Assembly: GCA_003971905.1 (NCBI GenBank)
Contig: RSEE01000021.1
Location: 248,001-312,000 of the forward strand
Length of the DNA: 64,000 bases
From: Moniliella sp. 'wahieum'
Taxonomy: Eukaryota
Reading direction: 5' to 3'
The notes beneath the pieces are model-generated. The model was not told where the DNA came from and ran no database searches. It worked only from the letters and a program-made list of their open reading frames with translations. Shown here in pieces: positions 14,333-25,648 of this stretch (position 1 is the first letter of the stretch; each line of letters starts with the position of its first letter). Both the position numbers and the translations under genes were made by a program.

Positions 14333-14399
14333 CACCCTGCGCCGGGGGCAGGCGATCCGAACTTACCAAAAGGGCCGTCTCCAGGATACCCAAAATGTT

Positions 14400-14401
<2 letters not shown>

Positions 14402-14453
<52 letters not shown>
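14402..14453. repeat. (CT)n microsatellite, about 26 units
   Basis: Directly visible in sequence. Confidence 0.97.
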
Positions 14454-14456
<3 letters not shown>

Positions 14457-14873
14457 GTCTTAGTAGCGCTGTTGCTCTTACCCTTGCGTTAGTTTTGGTT
14501 TGCTTGTTGTGTGCCCCCTCAGGCTCCTCCCCCTCCTCCACCACCTCCACTCCCCGCTTTCCTCTCTGTCCCCTTTACGCTTCGCCGATTCATGTTGACG
14601 AGATAGTATACTAATCCTGCTGCCCCCTCTGTCCGAGCTGGTGCCTGTAAGAGGTACGTTTGGAGAACCAGAACAGCAGACATTTGATATTTTGGTGCTG
14701 CCTTGTCCGATAAAAAGAGCAGCACGTGAGTAGTAATAGGGTCCGATGGAGGAAACCAGTGCTAAGTACCTAATGAACCGCCGTTTCCCGCGGTCCCAAC
14801 ACAAGTGATTGTCAATGTGTGAGAGCCATGCGAGCCGACATTCGATCTGTTGGGCAGTCTCGTGCAAACTATG

Positions 14874-15800
14874 TGGAAACGCACACCCCTGTAGTTTAGG
14901 GGTACAACCCCGTGGACGGCCAATCGGAGCAACGTATAGATAAGGCTGTACGTCAGTGGCATCAGAGCCTAGCTGAACCCAGAGCGGATGTAGAGGCGAG
15001 GGAGAGACCCTCCAATTTGAGTGGCTGCCTGTGGGTGCAAAAGCCGCAGAGCTCCGACCCTCCGAGGAAGGGGAAGCGTCCCTAGGGCGTCAGACCCGTT
15101 GAAGGGGCCTCAAAACTCCGGGGTAACGTGGTTACCGTCTGGGGCGTTACTATACTCGACGCGCTGTCATGCATCTAATGGGGGGAATCAGACGGAGTCC
15201 TACTAACGAAGAGTAAGCGATATTACTGAGAGTAGCCGCGGCTTGCAGGGTATAACTGACGTGAGTCGTGCATTCGTAAGGGGGGTATGGGAACAGGAGA
15301 TGAACAGGATGAACCGCGGTTGAACAGGGTGAACAGAAGGATGATCAGTACGTACCACAGCGAGCAAGTCCAATAGTAGACGCGGCTACTTATATACAAA
15401 AGGAACCAGGCCTCGCAACTAAGTGCCTCAGGCCTCATGATGCATGACAGGCACTATAACAAACAGAATGTAAGAGAACTTTCCAGAGAAGTACAGACTA
15501 AGATATACAGCCCGTGCTCTCAAAGGCGCTGTCACTACGCAATCGGGCGCAGCAGGTAAAGGGTGCTGTTACGACCAGTGGGCGCGATGGGCACAAAAAG
15601 CATCCCATCTCGTACCAATGAGTCCATATGCGATCAGGGCGGTGGGCGGAGGGGATGATATACTACTGCAGCATGAATAAAAGGTGTCCGCTGGCTCTCT
15701 CTCGCTAATCAAACGGTACTTACGCGTATGTAGATGAGTCGTCTACGACATGCTGATCTCTGCGTCCGGAAATAGTCGGAACGCCCCGTAACCTGTAACA
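14874..15800. mobile_element. Solo-LTR-like element, copy A (left end truncated)
   Basis: Colinear with 18857-19455, 24401-25848 and the reverse complement of 28937-29700. Ends ...CGCCCCGTAACCTGTAACA followed by GGCCA. Confidence 0.7.
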
Positions 15801-16426
15801 GGCCATATATGCTATACCTCTTTTCGCGCCATATATATGGCCTAGATGAGAGTTGTATATATACCAACACAAGTAATACGTGCTGTGGCCAACCATATTC
15901 ATCTCTGCTTCCGTCGGTGCCATGCAGTGGGCCGCGCCAGCATTCGTGCATCGTCAAGACCGAAGTCATATATATGTTGAACGTTGGTGTGGCCAACATA
16001 TGTACATCGTGCATCATGCATCAACACGTGCGTTGCGGCCTTTGTTGAAGTTATATAGGGTTAGCATCTGAGGAGGCGGTGAGATCTGAGTAGGGAAAGA
16101 GTTCAAGTTGAGCGCTGTGGGATGTTGGCGCAGCCGAAGAAGCAATAAGCGCCCGATATGACATGTGACAGGTGAAAGAGAGGCTGATAATACACGCTTA
16201 TACGGCTCGTGGCCTATGGTAGTGCCGGCGTGGTGGATGGCCCGGCTGCGCACTTCCAAAATGCAGCCATCAACCAGAGGCAAGGCGCAAAGTAGATATA
16301 GAATGATGCCAAATGGGTATCTGCACCAACAACCCCCCAACAAACCCATCCTCCAACCCCACAACAATCCTCTCCTCCAGCCTCCCCAGTCCCTCCCCTT
16401 CTCCACACCCTCCTTCCCCCCTTGCC

Positions 16427-18209
16427 ATGCCGAATACGGCAATTGGCATCGATCTCGGCACTACCTTCTCGCGCGCTGCTGTTTGGCAGAACGACCGGGC
16501 TAAGGTCATTCCCAACCACCTGGGCAACAGCACCACCCCCTCCTGTGTAGCCTTCAACGAACGCGAGCGCCTCATGGGAGAGGCCGCCATTTCCCAGATC
16601 GGGATGAACGTGGACAACACGGTGTTTGACGTCAAGCGACTCATCGGTCGCCGGTTTGATGATAAGGTGGTCCAGGAGGGCATGAAGCATTGGCCATTCA
16701 AGGTGATTAACGTCGACGGTCAGCCGATCATTCAAATTGAGTACAAGGAAAAGACCAAGCAGTTCACCCCCGAGGAAATCACGGCCATGATGCTAGTCCA
16801 CATGCGCAAGACGGCCGAAATGTACCTTGACGCACCAGTACAGAACGCCGTGGTGACTGTGCCTGCCTATTTCGACAAGATGCAACGTGAGGCTACGAAG
16901 GACGCCTGCACCATTGCGGGTCTTCCCGTCTTGCGCATTATCAACGAGCCAACTGCCGCCGCCATGGCGTACGGGTTGGACACATTGACTGATACTGAGC
17001 GCACCGTCCTCACATTTAATCTGGGTGTCCGTACCTTTGACGTGTCCCTGCTGGCTATGCGCTCAGGAGAGTTCCAAGTTTTGGCCACCAACGGTGACAC
17101 CCACCTCGGTGGCGAGGACTTTGACACTCGTCTGGTCGAGCATTGCATCGAGATATTCGAACGCAAAAGCAAGCCGAATAAGGGTCTCAGATCCAACGCT
17201 CGTGCCATTCGCCGTCTCCGCACTGCATGCGAGGTCGCAAAGTGCAACCTCTCTTCCGTCACCCATACCGCGATCGACATCGGCTATCTGCACGAAGGGA
17301 TCGACTTTGAGTGTGGCATCACCCGAAGCCGCTTTGAAGAGATGTGCGACGACTTGTTTCGCGGTATCATTGGCTCTCTCGAGAAGGTCTTGAGGGACGG
17401 CAGAGTCAAGAAGAGACAGGTCAACCCAATTGTTATGGGGGAGGTTCAACACGGATTCCCCGTGTGCAACGTATTGTCTCTGAATTCTTCAACGGACGCG
17501 ACCTCAACAAGTCGATCAACCCGGATGAAGTTGTTGCCGTTGGAGCTGCCATCCAGGCTGCCATCCTCTCGGGCCACCTTACGAAGAAAACAGAGGACCT
17601 GAATAACCCCTTGTCTTTGGGAACGAGCGTGGATGGGAATTTGTTCGATCCACTGATCAAGCGCAATACGAAGACTGTACCTCCAAAAACGACCAAAGTC
17701 CATGTTACTGTTGATGACAATCAGGACGGAATCATGATCGATGAGGCTAAGACTACGATGACGTTTTATGTGGACGCCAATTCGATCCTGACGATGTCAA
17801 CAAATCACAACAGATCGTCATCAAAAATAATGGTCGTCTGTCAAAGCAGGACATTACGCGCATGGTATCGGACGCGAAGCAGTACAAGGCGGATGATGAA
17901 GCTGAACGCGCACGAATTAGGGCCAAAACTGACCTCCAGTCGTACGCACAGCGCCTGCGCGATGAACCGGCCATGAGGGGCAACCTCAATAATCGCGAAA
18001 AGAAGGCGCTGGAAACGGCCATCAAGGAGACACTTAAATGGGTGGATGACTCAGACGAGGTTTCTAAGGATGTGTATGAGGATAAGCAGAAGGAACTGGA
18101 GGATATGGCCCACCGCCCTCAGAAGCGGGCTGAAAATCGTGGCCAGCGAAGAGGCCACCATCGTGGGCCACGAGGAGGGCGAGGCCGCCCGCGGGCGAAA
18201 CAAGGGTGA
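16427..18209 (+). pseudogene. Hsp70 copy 1, degenerate
   Basis: [22 protein letters not shown] and THLGGEDFD present. Phosphate-2 motif DLGGGTFD is changed to NLGVRTFD, linker LLDVV is missing, and the SBD has an 87-nt in-frame deletion (~17742) and a ~19-nt frameshifting deletion (~17799). Confidence 0.8.
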
Positions 18210-18856
18210 ACCCCTCTCCCCCCCCTTCATCTGAATGATGCAGGCCCTATCGATCGTTTCACGTCCATTTGGAAGAGTGGTCCAGGCCCTGGATTGGGCA
18301 CAATCATCGAAGGTGTCCGCTGTCTTCCCTAACTTTTGCTTCGCGTCGCAAAAGGTCAAACCCCTCATGGAAGCAACAATTACTATGCCCTACAAGCTGC
18401 TTTGATCATGCTCTTCTTCTATCCCATCCTGATCTGATTCCACCCACCATCTACTGTTACAAGATAACCGCGGTCCCACGAATCCCCTTGGGCCAGTGGT
18501 TATGAGATGAGTGCATTCATCATCCTTTTGAATCAAGTTGCTTGCATCCAGAGACCACAGCATCACAGCCTTCCCAACACGGTTGATGCAATATAGATGT
18601 TACGGGACGCGTCAGATCTGATCCGAGCTGGTTCAACCTGAGGCCCGTCTACTGTACCCATGCCCCCCAAAGAGCTCGTTCCCAATCCCCAACTATAACG
18701 TGCGACCATGCTGTGGCGCCTCCATTGTAAGCCGCCCGTGTAGGAGACACCGCTGGCGCATTCCTCTGTTCTTTTTCCTATCACCGCTGCCAGGGCCTAC
18801 TCCCATGTCTCAATCACCACCCCACTGCATGAAGCTCTAAATAGTTGAAAAGGCCA

Positions 18857-19455
18857 TGTCATGAGGGGAGTCCTCCCGAGGTGAAACCCACACCCCTGTA
18901 TTAGTTTATTAGAGGTATAAACGTTATTAAACCGTGGACGGTCAATCGGAGCAACGTACGGCGGTACGTCTGTGGCTTCCGATCCTAGCTGAACGCCGCG
19001 CTGAACGCTGAACGTGCTGAATCCTGAAGCCCGAGCGGGTGTAGAGGCAAGGGAGAGACCCTCCAGGTTGGGTGGCGTCTGCGTGCAAAGGGCGCTCTGA
19101 CCCTCCGCCGGAGGAAGGAGCAACGTACGTAGGTCGTCAGATCCATTGAAGTGGCCCCGAAACTCCGGGGTACCGTGGTTACCTGCTGGGACGTTACCAC
19201 ACTCGACGCGCTGTATTGGGCCGAATCAGACGGAGCCCTAACGAAGAGCGAGCGCTATACTGAGAGTAACCGCGGCTTGCAGCCTGTAACCGACGTGAGT
19301 CGTGCATTCGTAAGGGGGGTATAGAAGGTGGTACAGGAAACTGGATGCACTGCTTGAGTCAATACGTATACCACAGCGAGCAAGCATTATAGTAGACAGG
19401 GCTACTTATATACTACAAAAGGAAGGGCTGGAACGCCCCGTAACCTGCTGTAACA
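18857..19455. mobile_element. Solo-LTR-like element, copy B (internally deleted)
   Basis: GGCCA|TGTCATGAGGGG... start and ...GCCCCGTAACCTGCTGTAACA end. Lacks the segment matching ~15405-15775 of copy A. Confidence 0.72.
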
Positions 19456-19677
19456 CTGAGGCCATATATATGCTATACCTCTTTTCGCATCATATATGGC
19501 CTATATGAGAGTTGTATATACCAATAGTGTAGTACGTGTTGGTCAACTTGATATCGGGAGATAGAGAGATGAAGGCTAGAAATCATATTCATCTCATTGT
19601 GGATGCTTCCGTCGATGCCCAGAAGGCAGTGGGCCGCGCCAGCATTCGTCCATCGTCAAGACCAATGTCATAATATA

Positions 19678-21403
19678 CGAGGAGACCCCCGGGCCTACGG
19701 CCCGGTCAGCTGGGGCTTCGCCCCAGCTGCCGTTCTCCCTTCGCCACCGTAGCCACCGTTCCACCGTCGCCAACACCGACATCTCTTAGTTCTATATCGG
19801 AGGGTCCACCAAAAAGTGTGCAACCCTACTGCTCCCCGACCTGGGCTGGCTGCGCCAATCATCGGGCATATGACAGAGTCGCGTCGACGGGTCCCTCCCA
19901 TACCTTACAAGGGGAGCGTCGGTGGCGCAATAGTAACCGTGGCACAAGGCAGAGTGGTGGTGCAAGGAGGAGATATGGAGAGCAATTGAGGGGGGAGGCA
20001 AGGGGGGACAAGAAGTGGAGGGGGACAAAGGGTCGGTGGAACAAGGGAAGGGTTGGAGCAAGGATGATCGGTAGACCGGGGGGCTCTCACCCAGGTTGAT
20101 GGGGTACAATAGGTGAAGGACAACTCACGGTAGTTTCGGGTTTGGGCTGTTTGGTGGCTTGAATCCCCCGTACGGTGGCAAGGCTGCGTATGCGCCGGAT
20201 TGAGGGTAGTAGCGTGTCTGAAGCCTCCGGGGCCTTTTTAGGGACGGAAAACACTGCCAGAGCTGAAGCTGGGAAGGGCCAGCAGTCGACGTAGCTGTGA
20301 AAGTAACCCACGCGATATGCTGCGGTACGGGGAACCGACGCGGCTGATGGACGGCTCGCGCGACTGGGCAGATGGAAAGCTGGAGGACGAGGTTGGATGA
20401 TGAAGATGGTGCAGCTAAGTGAAGACGAGAGGTTGCCTGTATTACTGAATCAATTGGCTGGAAACGTTCAGGAGTTGGACAGGAAAGGCGGGAAGGGACG
20501 AGAACGGAAGGTGGGATAAAGGATTCCCATCAATCAAGGATGCTGACTGTTGGTTGGCCCCTTTTTGGTAACCCCCTTCTGTCTAAGCCCCATCACACTG
20601 GGGTAGATGTTGACAGAGCGAAGCAGACGAAGCTGCTACAGAGTGCGACATGGGAGTACTCGCGATCCATGGATCAGCTGCAAAGTAACCGTCAGACAAG
20701 GCGTGAAGGAAAAGTTCAAGCACCATCTGAATTGAAGGGACGGAGACAGGAGAGAGAGATGCAAAGATGTTGACAGAGCGAAACAGAGGCGAAGCTGCTA
20801 GAATGGTTCAGCTGCAAAGCAGCCTTCAGACAAAGCGTGAAGGCAAAGTGGTGGGCCATAAGTCTTCAGGTAACATCTGAAGGGAAAAGGAGACAGAAGA
20901 GAGAGAAGGGGGACGAAGCGAGCAGGGCGCGCGCGCCCTGCGAGCGGAACTCTTCCGCCCGGTTAAGTGAGCGTCACCGATCCACCGAGGGCCGTGCAAG
21001 GGAACCCCAGCACTACCCTCCAACAGAAGCAAGCGAAGGCTGCAAAGGCACTAAGAATGTCATCCGATAGCACTTCCTCGTATAGAAATAATATCCCCTT
21101 CTTCGTTCTGGCTGCAGGGGGCGTAGAACGTGGCAAGGGGCAGCTGATGTAAAAAGTGCACAGGGCTAAAGGAGGAATAATATAACTTAGGGATACATTG
21201 GACGTTTTGGTGGCCATATTGTTGTGTGGATGAATTGTGTCCTACACTGGTGACATGCGACCAGTGGCACTGCAGCAATAGTGCTCTTGTTTTTCTTCTT
21301 CTTGTTCCTATTATACCTGCCCATGGGAGCATAGCTCTTGTGGGAGCTATGCAGTGAATGTTATGACTTTGCCACCTCCATCCCCAGTTAGTAACTGCAC
21401 AAT
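19678..21403 (-). mobile_element. ~1.7 kb composite insertion upstream of Hsp70 copy 2, with a Helitron-like 3' terminus
   Basis: Interrupts sequence that is contiguous upstream of copies 1 and 3. Two perfect GC hairpins (19689-19705, 19707-19729) precede CTCG|T on the minus strand. Shares a 27-nt GGTGG-repeat block with 24964-25199. 5' end not identified. Confidence 0.55.
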
Positions 21404-21840
21404 CCATATGTACATCACGGGCGGTGGGGCCTCTGTTGTTGGTGCTATATAGGGTTAGCAGCTGAGGAAGTGGTGAGAAGGGAATGATTTGAACGCTGTG
21501 TTATGTTGGCGCAGCCGAAGATTGAAGCAATAAGCGCCAGATATGATAGGTGAAAGAGGCTGGTACGCTTGTAGGGCCCGTGGCCTTGCTAGTGCCGGCG
21601 TGATGAATGGCCCGGCTGTGCACATCCAATGCAGCCATCAACCATAGGCGAGGCGCAAAGTATATTATAATGAGGCGAAATGGGCATCTGCACCCACCCC
21701 CCACCAACCCCCACGGCTCCGACCCCCAACAATCCTCTCCTCCAACAACTCCACAACAATCCTCTCCTCCAGCCTGCCAACAATCCTCTCCTTCAGCCTC
21801 CCATAACAGTCCCCTTCTCCACACTCCTTCCCCCCTTGCC

Positions 21841-23741
21841 ATGTCGAACAAGGCAATTGGCATCGATCTCGGCACTACCTTCTCGTGCGTTGCCGTTTGG
21901 CAAAAGGACCGGGCTAACGTCATTCCCAACCACCTGGGCAACCGCACCACCCCCTCCTGTGTAGCCTTCAACGAACGCGAGCGCCTCATGGGAGAGGCTG
22001 CCAGTAACCAGATCGGGATGAACGTGGACAACACGGTGTTTGACGCCAAGCGACTCATCGGTCGCCGGTTTGATGATGAGGTGGTCCAGAAGGACATGAA
22101 GCATTGGCCATTCAAGGTGATTAACGTCGACGGTCAGCCGATCATCCAAGTTGAGTACAAGAAAGAGACCAAGAAGTTCACCCCCGAGGAAATCTCGGCC
22201 ATGGTGCTAAACCACATGCGCGAGACGGCCGAAGAGTTCCTTGGCGCAAAAGTACAGGACGCCGTGGTGACTGTGCCTGCCTATTTCGACAACATGCAAC
22301 GCCAGGCGACCAAGGACGCTGCTACCATTGCAGGTCTCCGAGTCTTGCGCATCATCAACGAGCCGACTGCCGCCGCCATGGCGTACGGGTTGGACACATT
22401 GACTGAGACTGAGAACACCGTCCTCATCTTTGATTTGGGTGGTGGTACCTTTGACGTGTCCCTACTGAAGATGCGCACCGGAGAGTTCCAAGTTTTGGCC
22501 ACCAACGGTGACACCCACCTCGGTGGTGAGGACTTTGACACTCGTCTGGTCGAGCATTTCATCAAGATATTCGAACGCAAAAACCCGAATCAGGATCTCA
22601 GATCCAGCCCTCGTGCCATTCGCCGTCTCCGTACTGCATGCCAGCGCGTAAAGTGCACCCTCTCTTCTGCCACCCATGCCTCGATCGACATCGACTCTCT
22701 GCACGGAGGAATCGACTTTCAATGTGGCATTAGTCGAAGCCGCTTTGAAGAGATGTGCGACGACTTATTTCGCTGTATCATTGGCCCTCTCGAGATGGTC
22801 CTGAGGGACGGCGAAGTCAAGAAGAGACAGGTCAACGCAATTGTTATGGTGGGCGGTTCAACGAGGATTCCCCGTGTGCAACGTATTGTCTCTGAATTCT
22901 TTAACGGGCGCGACCTCAACAAGTCGATCAACCCGGATGAGGCTGTTGCCGTTGGAGCGGCCATCCAGGCTGCCATCCTCTCGGGTCACCTTACTAAGAA
23001 AACAAAGAACCTGAACTGCTAGACGTGGTCCCCTTGTCTCTGGGAACGAGCTTGAGAGGGAAGTTTTTCGATCCACTGATCAAGCGCAACACGGCTGTGC
23101 CTACAAAAACGTCCAAAGTCTATGTTACTATGGAAGACAATCAGGAAGGATTCACTATCGATGCGTACGAGGGAGAGCGGTCGCTTATTGCGGACAATCG
23201 CTTTCTCGGAAAGTTTAACCTTGATGGCATCCCACCCAAGCCCCGTGGCGAGGCTGAAACTACGGTAACGTTTTATGTGGACGCCAACTCGATCCTGACG
23301 ATGTCAGCCGTCGACATGCAGACGAAAAAGTCACAACAGATCGTCCTCAAAAATAATGGTCGTCTGTCAAAGCAGGACATTGCGCGCATGGTATCGGAGG
23401 CGAAGAAGTACAAGGCGGATGATGAAGCTGAACGCGCCCGAATTAAGGCCAAAACTGACCTCCAGTTGTACGCACAGCGCCTACGCAATGAGCCGGCCAT
23501 GAGGGGCAACCTCAATAATCGCGAAAAGAAGGCGCTGGAAACGGCCATCAAGGAAACACTTAAATGGGTGGATGACTCAGACGAGGTTTCTAAGGATGTG
23601 TATGAGGATAAGCAGAAGGAAGTAGAGGCTATTGCCCCCCCTCAGAACCAGGCTGAGAATCGTGGGCGACGAGGCCGCCCTCGTGGGCAGCGAGAAGGTC
23701 GCAAGGCTGAACCCCTCTCCCCCACCCCTTCATCGGAATGA
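21841..23741 (+). CDS. Atypical cytosolic-type Hsp70, copy 2 (one 1-nt frameshift at ~23014, probably a sequencing error)
   Basis: NBD motifs intact ([40 protein letters not shown]); SBD and lid follow in ORF 23025-23741. Frameshift is ctgaactg versus ctgaaactg in copy 3. No EEVD. Confidence 0.9.
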
Positions 23742-24963
23742 TGCTGGTCCTATCGATAGCTTGACGTCCTTTTGGAAGAGTGGTCCAGGCACTGGATTGG
23801 TCACAGTCATCCAAGGTTTCCGCCGTTTCCCCTATATTTCCTTCGCGTCGCAAGGTCAAACCACTCGTGGAAGCAACTGCTCTCACCTTACAGGCTGCTT
23901 TGATCATGCCCTTCTTCTATCCCATCCTGATCTGATTCCACCCACCATCTACTGTCACAAGATAACCGCGGTCCCACGGATCCCCTTGGGTCTGTGGTTA
24001 TGAGACGAGTGCATTCATCATCCTTTTGAATTTGGTTGCTTGGATAGTAGGGATCGGAATGCTTTAGAATCCTCCTTCGCAGAGACCACAGAGCATCACA
24101 GCTTCCCCAACACGGTTGATGCAATATAGATGTTACGGGACGCGTCAGATCTGATCCGAGCTGGTTCAACCTGAGGCCCGTCTACTGTACCCATGCCCCA
24201 CAAAGAGCTCGTTCCCAATCCCCAACTAAAACGTGTGACCATGCTGTGGTGCCTCCACACTGTTCTCGAATTGTAAGCCGTCCGTGTAGGAGACACCGCT
24301 GGCGCATTCCTCTGTTCTTTCCTATCACCGCTGCCCGGGCCTACTCCCATGCCTCGATCACCACCCCACTGCATGAAGCACTAAATAGTTGAAAAGGCCA
24401 TGTCATGAGGGAAGTCCTCCCGAGGTGAAACCCACACCCCTGTAGTTTATTAGAGGTATATATACCGTGGACGGCCAATCGGAGCAACGTACGGCGTCTG
24501 GCTTCAGATCCTAGCTGAACGGCGCGCTGAACGTTGAACGTTGAACGTACGTTGAAACCCGAGCATGTGTAGAGGCAAGGGAGAAACCCTCCAGGTTGGG
24601 TGGCGTCTGCGTGCAAAGGGCGCAGCTCTGACCCTCCGTCGGAGGAAGGAGCAACGTACGTCGGTCGTCAGATCCATTGAAGGGGCTTCGAAACTCCGGA
24701 GTATAACGTAGTTACCTGTTGGGGTGTTACTACACTCGACGCGCTGTGGCGGAATCAGACGGAGTCCTAACGAAGAGCAAGCGCTATTATATACTGAGAG
24801 TAACCGCGGCTTGCAGTGTAACCGACGTGAGTCGTATATTCGTAAGGGGGGTATAGAAGGTGGGACATGATGAACAGAATGAACGCGCAGTTAAACGGAG
24901 TGAACCGAAGGATGGTCGATACGTACCACAGCGAGCAAGTCTTATGGTAGACAGGGCTACTTA

Positions 24964-25199
24964 TCTCTCTTTTATAAAAGAGCGGCGGCTTGTTCGCCAG
25001 CTGCAGTTTCTGACACTTCATGCCACCTGGCACGTTCCAGGCCCAGGCCGATGCACATGGGTGAAAAATTCGCCCCTCCAGCGTGGAACGGTGGACCGGT
25101 GGAACGGTGGACCGGTGGAACGGTGGCTACGGTGGCGAAGGTGACCGGTGGAACGGTGGCTAAGGTGGCGACGGTGCACCAGCACCAAGCTGCTTTCTA
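24964..25199 (+). mobile_element. ~236-bp non-autonomous Helitron-like insertion
   Basis: Inserted at A|T within CTACTTA|TATAC of copies A and B. Starts TC, no TSD, internal GGTGGAAC/GGTGGCTAC repeats, short hairpin GGTGC-ACCA-GCACC before a CTA end. Confidence 0.55.
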
Positions 25200-25398
25200 T
25201 AATACAAAATGAATCGGCCTCTCAAGTGTCTCATGATCATGACAGAAACAGAATGTGGGAGAACTTTCCAGAGAGGTACAGACTACTAAGATACGCAACC
25301 CATGCTCTCAAAGGCGCTGACACTACGCAATCGGGCGCAGCAGTTAAAGGGTGCTGCCGATAAGACCAGTGTGGGGCGCGATGGGCATAAAAAACATG

Positions 25399-25648
25399 TG
25401 TAGCGACGCGTGAAGGGCTCTGACCTGGAGACACCTAGTCTCTAAACCACAGACGATCAGCGAGTAGGAATCAAGTAACGAGGTGAGCGAGAAGAAGGGA
25501 AAGGGGGAAGGAGAGGTGGTGGCGAAGAGGACAGAGCAAGCAGTGGACAGGAATGTACACCTGGCCTGCTGGCCTGCGCGCGGCAACTCTAGGGTCTAGC
25601 ATTCACATCTACGGATCAGGCGAGGCACCGGTGGGTGACGTGGCAACA
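25399..25648. mobile_element. 250-bp solo LTR of a second family, nested in copy C
   Basis: TGTAGCGACG...CGTGGCAACA (TG..CA, 8/10 inverted termini), flanked by ACATG/ACATC. Absent from copy A. Confidence 0.75.

Noticed and set aside
25083..25177. GGTGGAAC/GGTGGACC repeats as a CRISPR-like or telomeric array
   Set aside because: Units are 8-9 bp with no unique spacers, and they lie inside a small insertion in a eukaryotic genome.
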